64,000 nucleotides of DNA, from positions 5,308,436 through 5,372,435 of the forward strand of contig SMSO01000031.1 in NCBI GenBank assembly GCA_004764695.1, given 5' to 3'. The position numbers and the translations under genes are program-made. Position 1 is the first letter of the stretch, and each line of letters opens with the position of its first letter. Under the pieces are notes generated by a model. It saw only the letters and a list, made by a program, of their open reading frames with translations, made no database searches and was not told where the DNA came from. This document shows, one piece after another, positions 49,065 through 59,658 of this stretch. The DNA comes from Schizochytrium sp. TIO01 (lineage: Eukaryota > Protista > Bigyra: Labyrinthulomycetes).

Positions 49065-49547
49065 ATGCGGTTCTTGACGTGGGCACTTCTGCTGGCGATG
49101 GTGGCGATCGCCGCATCGTGGACGAGCGTGGAGGCGCGCCGTGTAACCAAGGAGGCAAGTCGCGAAGAAGACGGCACCGACGATGAGGAGCTGGCTAAGC
49201 TGCTCAAGGAGACCGACTTTGTGAAGATGCTAGAAATCACAGCGGAGAAAAATGACAAGAAGCTGGAGGAGTTGCACCATCGTCTCGAGAGCGAACTCGC
49301 TCGCGTGAACAAGCACTTTGAGGAGATGCTCGATAAGATCCACGAGAGCGAGCAGAACATTGAGAAGAATCTTGAGAAAGTTGAGCTGTCCGTCATGGGT
49401 AAGGTCCAGACTGCACAGCAAAAGGCAGCGGAGTCCCAGGGATCCTGGAAGCTTCCATTTATCATTCTTCTGGCGGCGCTGCTCGGCGTAGCGGGCTACT
49501 TCGCTCGCTTGTATAGCAAGGCCACCAAGCACAGTCACTTCCTGTGA
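49065..49547 (+). CDS. Small type I membrane protein (signal peptide, coiled coil, TM, short tail), resembling the stalk and tail of ERGIC-53/L-type lectin cargo receptors
   Basis: 160 aa with strong coding-like codon bias. Signal MRFLTWALLLAMVAIAASWTSVEA, an E/K-rich heptad region, TM GSWKLPFIILLAALLGVAGYF, and tail KATKHSHFL. Confidence 0.8.
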   Translation: MRFLTWALLLAMVAIAASWTSVEARRVTKEASREEDGTDDEELAKLLKETDFVKMLEITAEKNDKKLEELHHRLESELARVNKHFEEMLDKIHESEQNIEKNLEKVELSVMGKVQTAQQKAAESQGSWKLPFIILLAALLGVAGYFARLYSKATKHSHFL

Positions 49548-51086
49548 TTTTCATGAATAACGAACGAACCCAAGTCAATAAATTAGCTTGGGAGCACGCA
49601 GCGATAGGGGCTGATAGTCCGCAATCATTCCTGCATTGTTGCTCGCTTACTTATCCCACGACTTGCTCAAGCTACAGTTCATCTGCTCCTTCACGAATTC
49701 CATCAACACACATTCACGAGAGTTTGTGCAGCTTCAAGCAGACGCCAAGCATGTTCCTTCAACCACTATCCATCATTCACTTTATCAATACTTACCCTTT
49801 AACCCATTCGCGCGTCGGCGCATTCTTAACGATGGCCACGTGCAACATTACTTTAGACACAACCTAAAACAAAAAGAGATAAAACTAGACTAAGCCAGTT
49901 ATCCAATGATGGTATGCCCTCATATAGTCCATGGTCAGCATTTAAATAATGATATAATAGCCTTTTCGAGAGCGACTTTTTCGACTGCAATTGCGGCGAC
50001 AGACAGAAACAGGTTAGTGTAAGCAGCAATTGTTTCCACAACCAGCATGGCGTTTATTCAATCTGCAGCCCTTGTTTAGGCCAACTATCACAATTTTATA
50101 TTACAGTTTGGAAGAGTCTTCGCAAGACGTACAAGTGCTTATGGTCACTTTAAAGAAAATTAAAAATCCAACGTGTTGCTCAAGAGTCCATTCAATTTTC
50201 CTCATGGCATGTTGTAAACTATACTATACTAGTGTACCAAATATCCTTATATTCAACAAAAAGTTACAAACATCATGTGAACCTAACTATCTCTAAGCCT
50301 TCGAAAACCAAGGGTTTAAGAACACCTACACAAAGAGACAGGGAAAAAGCGTAATTCAAAAGGGGAGAAATAACGATCATTGAATTTTAAATTCCTAATA
50401 GTAGTAATTGGTGATGGGTCAGATGCAAGCTTGATGTCAACAACCCATTGATTTGCTTTTGGGACTGTTTCTTATCAGTTCAGCAAAGATAAGATTTAAG
50501 AGAAAACGTTTAATGAAAATGCAGCCTCAGTCGTAGGTACCACATATAACGTCTAGTGAAATTGGCTGTGACAAAATGTTCTATGATTAGCATCATCGTA
50601 ACAAACGAAATCATACAATGCGCAGAAATAGCCTACACCTAACCAAACATTATGGCCTAGCTCGCTTGCGTGTTTCTTTTCTCATGACTCTGAAGAGCAT
50701 CTTCAAAAAGAACTACGGACCCCATATTGAGCTCAAGGGTTTCAGTATAGAACTCCGATGTGCAGAGCTGTCGAGTAATTTAGCAGTGCCTAGGTAGCTG
50801 TCAAAGTACAAAAGCGAGAAACCCGCTTGCCTTACCCTACCATGATTTGCCTTATCTTTCCGTTTTATAAAAAGAACCAATGCGCATGTCAGTGCAACGC
50901 GATCCACTAACTACAATGCTGTATGATAGACTTCCAACCGAGCAGCTAGTGCTAGGAAGCATCCTTGGGGGTAAAGGAAACGCATGTGACAGAAGGGTCG
51001 AGTAGCATTGTGGTACGAGAGTAGGGAAGATACAATGGCCACATAAGGGGGGGGGGGGGCTACATTGTTAGCTCGCCAACAGCATT

Positions 51087-52337
51087 TTACATATTCTTGG
51101 TGGACTGCGAAGAGGCTTTTGCATCAGCACCAGCGCCAGCCTCTCCAGACTTCACGCCTAATCCAGGTGCCTGTCCAACGGGCCCAACAGGTTGGCCGTC
51201 AGGTCCATACTGATGGATCTTCGCGGACCAAACGCGCGGGTCCACATCGCGGTCGGACCACGTCTCGGTGGTCCCGTAGAACCACGGTTCGTCGGGTCCA
51301 TCGTCGATGATGGGCACAGGGTTTCCAAGATAGTCGAGACGCTTTCCAGGATAAATGAACTGCTCAAACATGAAAGCAAAGATGTTATCCTGGTCAAGGT
51401 TGGGGTGGATGTGCGGCTTGACACGCTTATCGTGTTCGTGCTTGAGCAGAGCCCAGTGTTTGCCAGGAAACATGTGGTGGATGCCGTGGTAGCCGTTGTT
51501 GAAGCAGAAGTAATTCAGAATCGGGCCCACGAAATTACGGCTATGGTTGTATTTGGACTCGGTATCAGTACCATCGTGTTGCAACATATTGAGCGAAATA
51601 ATACCATACTTGCCAATTAAACACGGCAGCCAACACACAAAGAGCCACTTTTCAGGGCTCAAGGACGCAACAAGTAGCTGGAATGTGACGTATACCAGTG
51701 CCTCAAAGCGAAGCTGATAATAAATGGGCCTTTTAAGAGCAGCCTGAGCGTTGAAATAGGCTGCATCGTTGGCGGAGGTACTGAGAAGCGTAGTTGGCAT
51801 GAAAAGCAAGCCATTGAGGAAGTTCCAGCGGAACTTCATCTTGGTAGTGCGCATGACATCCTTGTTTGTCTGCAAGTTACGGTGATGGCTCAAGTTGTGG
51901 CCCGGCACGTACGACGAAGCACAGTGGCCAAACCATACGGAGAGGATCGCCTGAAAGACCTGGTTTTTCCAGGTCTCCTTAAAAATGGGACAGTGTACAG
52001 CGTTATGTACAGTTACGGCGCCCTGAAAGGCCACAAAGGCAGTCGTCCAGAAGGCAAGGAAACGACCAAGCTGCGTAGGAACGTTGTACTGCAGCTGAAG
52101 ACCCACGAGAGCAAAGTATACGCCGCAGAAGAAGAGCGTACGCAAATCTTCGTAGTATCGTAAACCCATGAACCGTGCAAGAGTCTCCTCCATGGGCGTC
52201 GGCACACGACGACCTTGGGCCTCATAGCGTTTTCCACGAGAGGAAGAGAGAATTGACTTCGTACCGGCAGCTGAGGAGACCGGGCGGGTCACAGTGACGC
52301 TTGCAGAGCCGCTGCTGCCACGGACATTTGGCGCCAT
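51087..52337 (-). CDS. Membrane di-iron fatty-acid-desaturase superfamily enzyme (no cytochrome b5 fusion)
   Basis: His boxes HNAVH, HNLSHH and NNGYHGIHH, plus QH and SRNF motifs and several TM segments. No HPGG heme motif. Confidence 0.88.
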   Translation of the reverse strand: MAPNVRGSSGSASVTVTRPVSSAAGTKSILSSSRGKRYEAQGRRVPTPMEETLARFMGLRYYEDLRTLFFCGVYFALVGLQLQYNVPTQLGRFLAFWTTAFVAFQGAVTVHNAVHCPIFKETWKNQVFQAILSVWFGHCASSYVPGHNLSHHRNLQTNKDVMRTTKMKFRWNFLNGLLFMPTTLLSTSANDAAYFNAQAALKRPIYYQLRFEALVYVTFQLLVASLSPEKWLFVCWLPCLIGKYGIISLNMLQHDGTDTESKYNHSRNFVGPILNYFCFNNGYHGIHHMFPGKHWALLKHEHDKRVKPHIHPNLDQDNIFAFMFEQFIYPGKRLDYLGNPVPIIDDGPDEPWFYGTTETWSDRDVDPRVWSAKIHQYGPDGQPVGPVGQAPGLGVKSGEAGAGADAKASSQSTKNM

Positions 52338-54921
52338 GCTGACGAAGCGAAAGGACGGACGCCAAGGCAGGCCTCAGAAGCGCACAAATATAGCGAGTAG
52401 GCCGCAGTAAGGAAATTTGGGAGATCAGAAACAGAATCGACGGCGAGTGGCTCTGCGACAAGCCTGCCGGATCGTCAACTGCCGCCTCTCCGGAGTACGG
52501 AGCTCAAGGACGCTCGTGCTCGCCTCGTCTTTGTATTTCAAGTTTCCAATTAAAAAATTAAATTTTAAATTTTTCTTCTTAAAAGTTAGAAATTAATTAT
52601 ACTAAGTATGGAGTAACAGTGCCAGTGTGTAATCTAACAATAACAACAAACTGCTTTGTAGACCAAAACAACAAAGTCAAATCAAATCAAATCAAATCAA
52701 ATCAATTTAAGGCAAGTCAAAACCTTTAATGAGTCCCGATATCATACTCAGGGACTCAAGCTGTAAATCAAACTCATACGAAGCTCTTCTCCGAATATGC
52801 TCATGATCCATAGAAACTTTTTCATGCTCATAGTGGTTCGAAATCGACACCGATTGATCGATCAATGGAAGTCAAGCGAAAAAAAAGAATTATATCGGAG
52901 CTCGGCTAAAGAGCATTGAGACGGTCCTGCGCTACTATAGGTTTAAAGCGCCATAAATGAAGAATTGCGCTATTGCGTATTGTACAAGGTTGATATAAAC
53001 CACTTGCGAGGCAGCCCTGACCTGACGATCGGAGATTGCGGTGACGAATTGAAACGTAATCACCTCATTCTCTTTCTACCAGGTCAGGTGTTTTTACTTT
53101 TTACTTTTCTTTCTTTTCTAACAACCCAAAATGAAATTGGCCAGTACATCATTATGATTTACTAGCTAGAGAAGTACACATTTGTTTTAGTAAGTAAATA
53201 AATAATTAATACACATAAAATTATAACCATGTAGAGATATAGCTAATTCTAATGGTTTTCTTTCACGTTTACTTTCTTTTGTTTAAAAGGAGTGATTTCC
53301 TTTCTTTTGAAAAGCAAAAGCTCTTTGTTTCTTCAGAGACTGAGCGTTTTTCACTTGAAGCAATAAAAATGTAGCTGTACTTTCTTCTCGCTCTCTATTC
53401 ATTTCTTTCTATAAAACCATCTTCATTTGGGTACAACACTGGAATGCGATGCTAGAATGATTGATGCAAGCTGCTGCGACAATCGTAGGAGCGTGATGAA
53501 GAACTTATAATATAAGTTGGCAAAGTCAGCACAAAGATGTCATTGGCCGAGTTTTAAACTTTTGTAACCTTTTTTATTGCTGGCTCACAAGAACTGCAGT
53601 AAGTCTACATTAACCCAAACTATAAGAATAGGGGAGGTATCATGGTGATTTATTCAACGTGTCGCTTTCCTTGTTCTCTCGATCTGTTTGACTCAAAAAC
53701 GGAATCGCAATCACCGCATCAAGCGAGGAGTGGTACAAACCAACATGAATGATTGATGGTTGCAAGAGAGCCTTGGCATTGGACTTCCCAGAGTACTTAT
53801 GCATCAGAGCATCATTGAATATGGAAGACTCCGAGGCACAGATGGGCAAGTTTGATTTCCTTTTTTCTATATTGAATTATTAAACGTCCCGATTGCGCGA
53901 TCTAGGAAGGCTTGCGTGTGCACGGCGCATCTAAGTTCTTGTCAAATCTAAACTAAACCTGAGCCACAAGGCCGACCTGAAGTCACGACTCGAGGATTTC
54001 GGCGCCTTCTGAATACATTCAGGTCGAGGGGCTCAACAGCGCTAGCTTGCGAGTGCTTTTGTTCTGTACTTTTATACTTTGATTTTGAGGGCAATTGACA
54101 GCTATAGCTGCAAAGTTGAAAAAGTCTACACAGATCAAGAGAGTCAAAGCACGAAAACTTGAACCACTCTGAGCCACCGTGGATTGGCAGCAATGCGGGC
54201 ATTGGACTTGCCGATCCATCGTCAGGCAGCTGGGCAAAGCAAGAGACTTTGCAACTTTACAGCGGCGCTGGTGGGGTCCGTGAACTCAAAGTCCATCAGT
54301 GGCGACAATTGTGCGTGAAGATGGGAGACCATGGAGGAAGCGAATTCAGAAGCGTTGTCAGTTGGGAACCTGAGACACGAGACTAAAAAGTTTAAGGGAT
54401 CAATTACAATCAACTAAGTCTTGAAGCACGTAAGCATCCGAACCGATTGAAGTTGAGCTTGAACAATATGCAGAGAAAGAATCCTAGCCGACTGATACCT
54501 TCAAAGTCCACACGCGCGAAGGTGCAATAGCACACACCGGCCTCAGAGCAAACTAGGAGGAGAGTGCCTACACTTATGCATGGCCTCAGTCGAAGCTAGA
54601 ACTGCCAGAGCCTTTAAGTAACCAGCTCAAAATCAGTGCTCACACTCATCGTATTGTGCTTACAACTTGAAGTACCCACCTCGGAGTGCACATCATTCTT
54701 GACAGGCCAATTGTCCCAGGTTGGCACCAACCTACCTACTCTCTTAGGCACTAATACACGGGGATGACCTGGTAGAATGAATCCATTAACCTCGCTTCAC
54801 ATTCATCCTCCTCAAAACCCATGTCGTGAACGCTCATAAGGTCTGCAACATCCCAATCAGGTACTCATCACTTTGAGCCCCCATATCCAATCATCAAATC
54901 TTCACACCTACATCTACATCT

Positions 54922-55064
54922 ACAGAACAACAGAACAACAGAACAACAGAACAACAGAACAACAGAACAACAGAACAAAAGAACAACAGAACAACAGAAC
55001 AACAGAACAAAAGAACAACAGAACAAAAGAACAAAAGAACAAAAGAACAAAAGAACAAAAGAAC
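54922..55064. repeat. 8-bp minisatellite (GAACAACA/GAACAAAA)n
   Basis: About 17 units grading from GAACAACA to GAACAAAA, upstream of oligopeptidase B. Confidence 0.92.
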
Positions 55065-55420
55065 GGAACGACTAGGCAGGTCAATATGAGGAGTAGCAAG
55101 TCAGCTATGCTGACTAAGGGAAAGCCGTGCTAGCATCTATTTATTCTACTAAGTAGTGTGGGTGGATAGTGTTGGTTGTAACAGTAAAGAAGAGAAAGAA
55201 ACGATTCTTTTGAATTCTTTCTTTCTCTTTCTTTTTCTTGGTAGTATTATCACAAGGAGAGGTTTTTTTGAAATCTTTCCTTCGTGAACTTTCTGATCGA
55301 GTCTAAAGATTTGAATCAAATCTGATATCCCTCTACAACGACGCAAGGTCACTTTGGTGGGAGAAGGACACGGCGTGGCAAAGCATTTTTGGGACGCGCT
55401 TGTAATAAACCATCTTCGCG

Positions 55421-57718
55421 ATGCCTTCCTCTGATTCACGAGGGCGGTCTCCGAATGCGAGCAGCGGTGGAGGCTTCTTCGATGGCCAAGGCGGCATGAA
55501 GCTCGCTCTTGGCGCTGCGTCCGCTTTGGGCCTCCTAGCGGTCACACGAGCTCGTCGCCGGGCCCTGAGCGACAAAGTTGCCAGTGTTCCTCCCGTCGCT
55601 CGCAAGAAGCCTGAGACCGTGATCATCGGAAAGGTGGATCACCAGAACCGTGGCCCAAACGCAATGGACCCTCCTAAGGAGCTGCAGGATGATTACTTCT
55701 GGATGCGTGACGACGACCGCAAAGATCCTGAGGTCATCGCTCATCTGGAGCGCGAGAATGCCTACTGCGAGGTTCATACGAGGCGCCTCAAGCCACTTGC
55801 CAAGTCGCTCTACGACGACATGCTTAGCCACATCAAGGAGACTGACGACTCTGTGCCGTACCCGTACGGAAACTACTTTTACTACTCTAGAACCGTCAAG
55901 GGCATGTCCTATCGTATCTACTGTAGAGCTAAGTCTGAGGAGGATGTTGGTAGTTCCCGGGAGGAGGTCCTCCTCGATATGAACCTCGAGGCTAAGGGTA
56001 AGAAGCACTGCGATCTCGGAGCTCTAGCGCCCTCGCCAGACCACCAGATCCTCGCGTACTCCCTTGACGAAACCGGATTTGAGACCTACAATGCGAAATT
56101 CAAGGACACAAGAACTGGAAAACCGATCGATGAGAAACTCCCTGAGCTCACGGGACGTCTGGTGTGGGGCCAGGATAACGAAAATATCTTTTATGCAGTC
56201 CATGATGAAGCACACCGGCCGTACAAGTTGTATTGGCACCGCATGGGAACAGATGCCTCGGAGGACAAACTTCTTCACGAAGAGTCCGATGAGGAGTACT
56301 GGATGGGTTTTCATAAGACGCTCAGCGGACGCTTCCTTATCTGCGAGTCTGGTACATCCGAGTCTACAGAGATCCGCATTCTTGACCTTGAAAAGGCCAA
56401 GTTTGGCGACGAGATGCAGCTCGTTCATAAACGTACGGACAAGCTTCGCTACTCCCTTGACCACAGCGGAGACAGGTTCTACCTTGTCACTAACGCGGAC
56501 GGTGCTAAGAACCAGAAACTTATGTGGGCCCCAGTGGACGACCCCAAGCGGGAGAACTGGCGCGACGTCTTGCCGTACGACCCCAATGTGAACATTGAGG
56601 ATACCGAAGCATTTGCGAACTACCTCGTGGTGGAGGGCCGTGTTGGAGGATTTTCTGCTCTCTGGACAATTGACCTTAAGGCTGCAGAGCCTAAGCTTAC
56701 TAAGATTGAGGGCTTTCCGGATGCTATCTCCACCGTGGGCCTTGGTGTAAACAAGGTCTTCGATACCAAGACTGTGCGTGTCTCATATGAGTCTATGGTA
56801 ACCCCTCCTACTACTTTCGATATCAACATGGAGACCCAGGACAAACGCAAGGTTCACCAGAAGGAGGTACCCAAGTTTGATCCGAGCCTCTACCACTGCG
56901 AACGTCTCGAGGCGAAGGGCCACGATGGTGTGATGATTCCCATGTCCATGGTCTACCGCAAGGATGTTGGCTTTGAGGCAGAACGCGGAAGCCGTAAGCC
57001 CGGCCCTGTACTTCTTAACGGCTATGGAAGCTACGGTATTTGCAATGACCCCGACTTTGTGCCATCCTACATTACACTCATGGACTATGGTATTTGTATT
57101 GTCGTTGCCCACATCCGCGGTGGTGGTGAGATGGGCCGCCCATGGTATGAAGACCAAGGCAAATACCTCCAGAAGAAGAACACCTTTTACGACTTTATCT
57201 CCTGCGCCGAACACCTCATTGCAGAAAAGTATACTGATGAGACCAAACTCGCTATTACCGGGCGCTCTGCTGGTGGTCTTCTGATGGGCGCCGTTCTCAA
57301 CATGGCTCCGCACCTTTTCAAGTGCTGCATCGCTGGTGTGCCTTTCGTAGACGTGATGGCCACCATGTCTGATACTTCAATCCCGCTAACCACTGGTGAA
57401 TTTACCGAGTGGGGCAACCCAAGCGAGGAGAAGTACTACGACTACATGCTATCCTACTCGCCTGTGAACAACGTCAAAGCTCAGGACTATCCTTCGATCC
57501 TCATCACAGCTGGTCTTTTTGACCCTCGTGTAGCATACTGGGAACCGGCAAAGTGGGTCGCTCACCTTCGTGAGAAGAAGACAGATAAAAACCCTCTGTT
57601 GCTCAAGATTGACCTTTCCAGTGGCCACTTCTCTGCTTCGGATCGTTACAAGTACATTCGTGAGAAGGCTTTTGAGTACGCTTTCCTCATTGATCAGCTC
57701 GGTGCGTCTCGCTTGTAA
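55421..57718 (+). CDS. ptrB: Oligopeptidase B (prolyl oligopeptidase family S9A)
   Basis: DDYFWMRDD, a beta-propeller, GYGSYG, AHIRGGGEMGRPWY, catalytic GRSAGG, DPRVAYWEPAKWVA and SSGHF. There is an N-terminal hydrophobic/basic extension. Confidence 0.95.
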   Translation: MPSSDSRGRSPNASSGGGFFDGQGGMKLALGAASALGLLAVTRARRRALSDKVASVPPVARKKPETVIIGKVDHQNRGPNAMDPPKELQDDYFWMRDDDRKDPEVIAHLERENAYCEVHTRRLKPLAKSLYDDMLSHIKETDDSVPYPYGNYFYYSRTVKGMSYRIYCRAKSEEDVGSSREEVLLDMNLEAKGKKHCDLGALAPSPDHQILAYSLDETGFETYNAKFKDTRTGKPIDEKLPELTGRLVWGQDNENIFYAVHDEAHRPYKLYWHRMGTDASEDKLLHEESDEEYWMGFHKTLSGRFLICESGTSESTEIRILDLEKAKFGDEMQLVHKRTDKLRYSLDHSGDRFYLVTNADGAKNQKLMWAPVDDPKRENWRDVLPYDPNVNIEDTEAFANYLVVEGRVGGFSALWTIDLKAAEPKLTKIEGFPDAISTVGLGVNKVFDTKTVRVSYESMVTPPTTFDINMETQDKRKVHQKEVPKFDPSLYHCERLEAKGHDGVMIPMSMVYRKDVGFEAERGSRKPGPVLLNGYGSYGICNDPDFVPSYITLMDYGICIVVAHIRGGGEMGRPWYEDQGKYLQKKNTFYDFISCAEHLIAEKYTDETKLAITGRSAGGLLMGAVLNMAPHLFKCCIAGVPFVDVMATMSDTSIPLTTGEFTEWGNPSEEKYYDYMLSYSPVNNVKAQDYPSILITAGLFDPRVAYWEPAKWVAHLREKKTDKNPLLLKIDLSSGHFSASDRYKYIREKAFEYAFLIDQLGASRL

Positions 57719-58102
57719 GTAAAACGTAAGAAAATTGTTTTCTTTGCTTCACGCACAGCTATATTGCTTCAAATGAGAAGACTTTCTCCTCCAAGATCCA
57801 ATAGCTCGCGATTAGAATGTTTATCTAAAAGAATACGATGGTCCGCCGTACAATGATATAATCTCAGTGATTTGAACATCGCAGCATTCTTCTTTTGAAG
57901 ATCATGCAATTTTACCTTCACCTCTAGCTAGATACGAACCAATAAAATTTCAAACAGTTAAAAATATATATATATAAAATAAAGGGAAAAAAGAGTAAAA
58001 TCATACAAAAGTCATTTTCACCAATTCGAGCAGTGCGATCACAATTTCTGGAATCTGGGTTTGAAGACATTTGACGCACATAGGCACAGGACAAGCGTGG
58101 GC

Positions 58103-59323
58103 ATGGCGGAGTTAGGCAATCCGGAAGCTAATGGCACTGCTGTTCTTGCCAACAATGACATCTCCCCTGCACCAGCCATGCCGTCGGTCATGACGAGGTT
58201 CATGTACGCCGACGGAAGCCCAGAGCCGAAGGGACCTGCGCTTATTCCAGAGATCAAAAGGATGCTGGAACTAGGCAAGATTAACAGCGAAACACTCGTG
58301 TGGACAGAGGGTATGGAATCATGGCAGCCCTTGCGCGAGGTAAGCCTGCTGCAGAATTTGATGCTTGATGCAGAAGGCCAAAACAAAGCTAAAAGTGAAA
58401 TCTATGCAGAAGAATCAGACGAAGGAGAGGACGATAAAGACGAAGTATATGCTGGGCAGATCGGTATGGAAAGGCATGAGGCAATGGACGAAAAGAAGAA
58501 GAAGAAGAAAAAGAAGAGTAAACGCAAACGAACTGTAACCGCCGTTTATGTCACCAATATACCCAAAGATGCCACGGAGAATGAACTCGCAACACATTTT
58601 GCAAAGTGTGGACTCATCCAAAGCGACCCACTCACGAGAGAAGTTTGCATTCGTATTTACAAAGACGACCAGGGCGTACCTAAGGGGGATGCCACGGTTG
58701 TGTACTCGCTGGCGCCGAGTGTAGAGAATGCTGTCACAATCTTACACGAGGCAGAGCTGCGCATTGGACACCCGGAGACCAGCCTTAAAGTCGAACGGGC
58801 CACAAAACAACCTGCATGGGCAATCGATAATCACCAAGGCGGGGCATCAGCATCAGATACAATGGAACGCGCTCTCAAGCTTCGAAGACTTGAGCAGGAC
58901 CAAGCCTTATCCTGGAATGAAGAAGGTGTAGAAGATCACAAGGGACTTCGGATTATTGTCATCAAAAACCTCTTCGACCCATACTCAGATGAAGTACGCC
59001 TAGACCCCTCCTTCAAAAGGGACTTGGAAGATGATCTCATGGAGGAGTGTGCTAATTTTGGTGATGTGAAAAAGGTGACTGTATTTGATAAACACCCTGA
59101 AGGTGTCGCGATCGTGCGCTTCCTCTCAGCTCGAGCCGCAGAACTTTGTGTGGAACGCATGAACGGTCGATGGTTTGCTAAGCGTAAGCTATCTAGTGAA
59201 TTCTGGGATGGTTTCACAGATTTCCGAAAGGGCATCGCCGAAGACGAGGATCGGCGTCTTGAGGCATTTGCCTCTCAGTTTGAAAGAAATAGTGATGCAG
59301 ATGAACAACCTGATGAGCAGTAG
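58103..59323 (+). CDS. HTATSF1: Tat-SF1/CUS2-like U2 snRNP factor (GYF_2 + RRM + UHM)
   Basis: GYF_2-like segment (KGP...GKINSETLVWTEGMESWQPL), RRM1 (AVYVTNIPKDAT, KCGLI, IYKDDQGVPKGDA, SVENAVTIL) and UHM (IVIKNLFDP, EECANFGDVKKV, HPEGVAIVRF, MNGRWFAKR). First ATG is at 58103. Confidence 0.92.
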   Translation: MAELGNPEANGTAVLANNDISPAPAMPSVMTRFMYADGSPEPKGPALIPEIKRMLELGKINSETLVWTEGMESWQPLREVSLLQNLMLDAEGQNKAKSEIYAEESDEGEDDKDEVYAGQIGMERHEAMDEKKKKKKKKSKRKRTVTAVYVTNIPKDATENELATHFAKCGLIQSDPLTREVCIRIYKDDQGVPKGDATVVYSLAPSVENAVTILHEAELRIGHPETSLKVERATKQPAWAIDNHQGGASASDTMERALKLRRLEQDQALSWNEEGVEDHKGLRIIVIKNLFDPYSDEVRLDPSFKRDLEDDLMEECANFGDVKKVTVFDKHPEGVAIVRFLSARAAELCVERMNGRWFAKRKLSSEFWDGFTDFRKGIAEDEDRRLEAFASQFERNSDADEQPDEQ

Positions 59324-59658
59324 CTAATCAAGTCCTACACATATCAACTGAAACGTTCTTTATTTGAAGACGATCCTTTTATTTTGTTAAAGAAAAGGGC
59401 ACAGATTTACCCGCACCTGAAGACGTTAGGTCTGTGCTATCAATAATCGAAAACCAAACGAAACCAAGATAAGTTTCATTCGCGCAATAAAAAGACATTG
59501 GCAGCTAGTAAAAAATAGACAAAATATATATATATTTCTTAAAGAAATTGAGCCAAAACACACAATCACCATAGAAATTGAGTGATATCCCTCGAAAATG
59601 AAGTATTCTACTCTAGCTAGTAAACAAATATGATTCGCTTTCGTCATAGAATTCGGAA

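Noticed and set aside
50464-50481. U2 snRNA-like CTGTTTCTTATCAGTT
   Set aside because: It lacks the GTGTAGTA branch-pairing region, the 5' stem and the Sm site.
52830-52850. tRNA T-loop-like GGTTCGAA (also near 25334)
   Set aside because: No T-stem or cloverleaf can be formed around either site.
58190-58350. GYF_2 domain fused to HTATSF1 as a novelty
   Set aside because: As I recall, this architecture also occurs in plant and other protist Tat-SF1 homologues, so it is not unusual.
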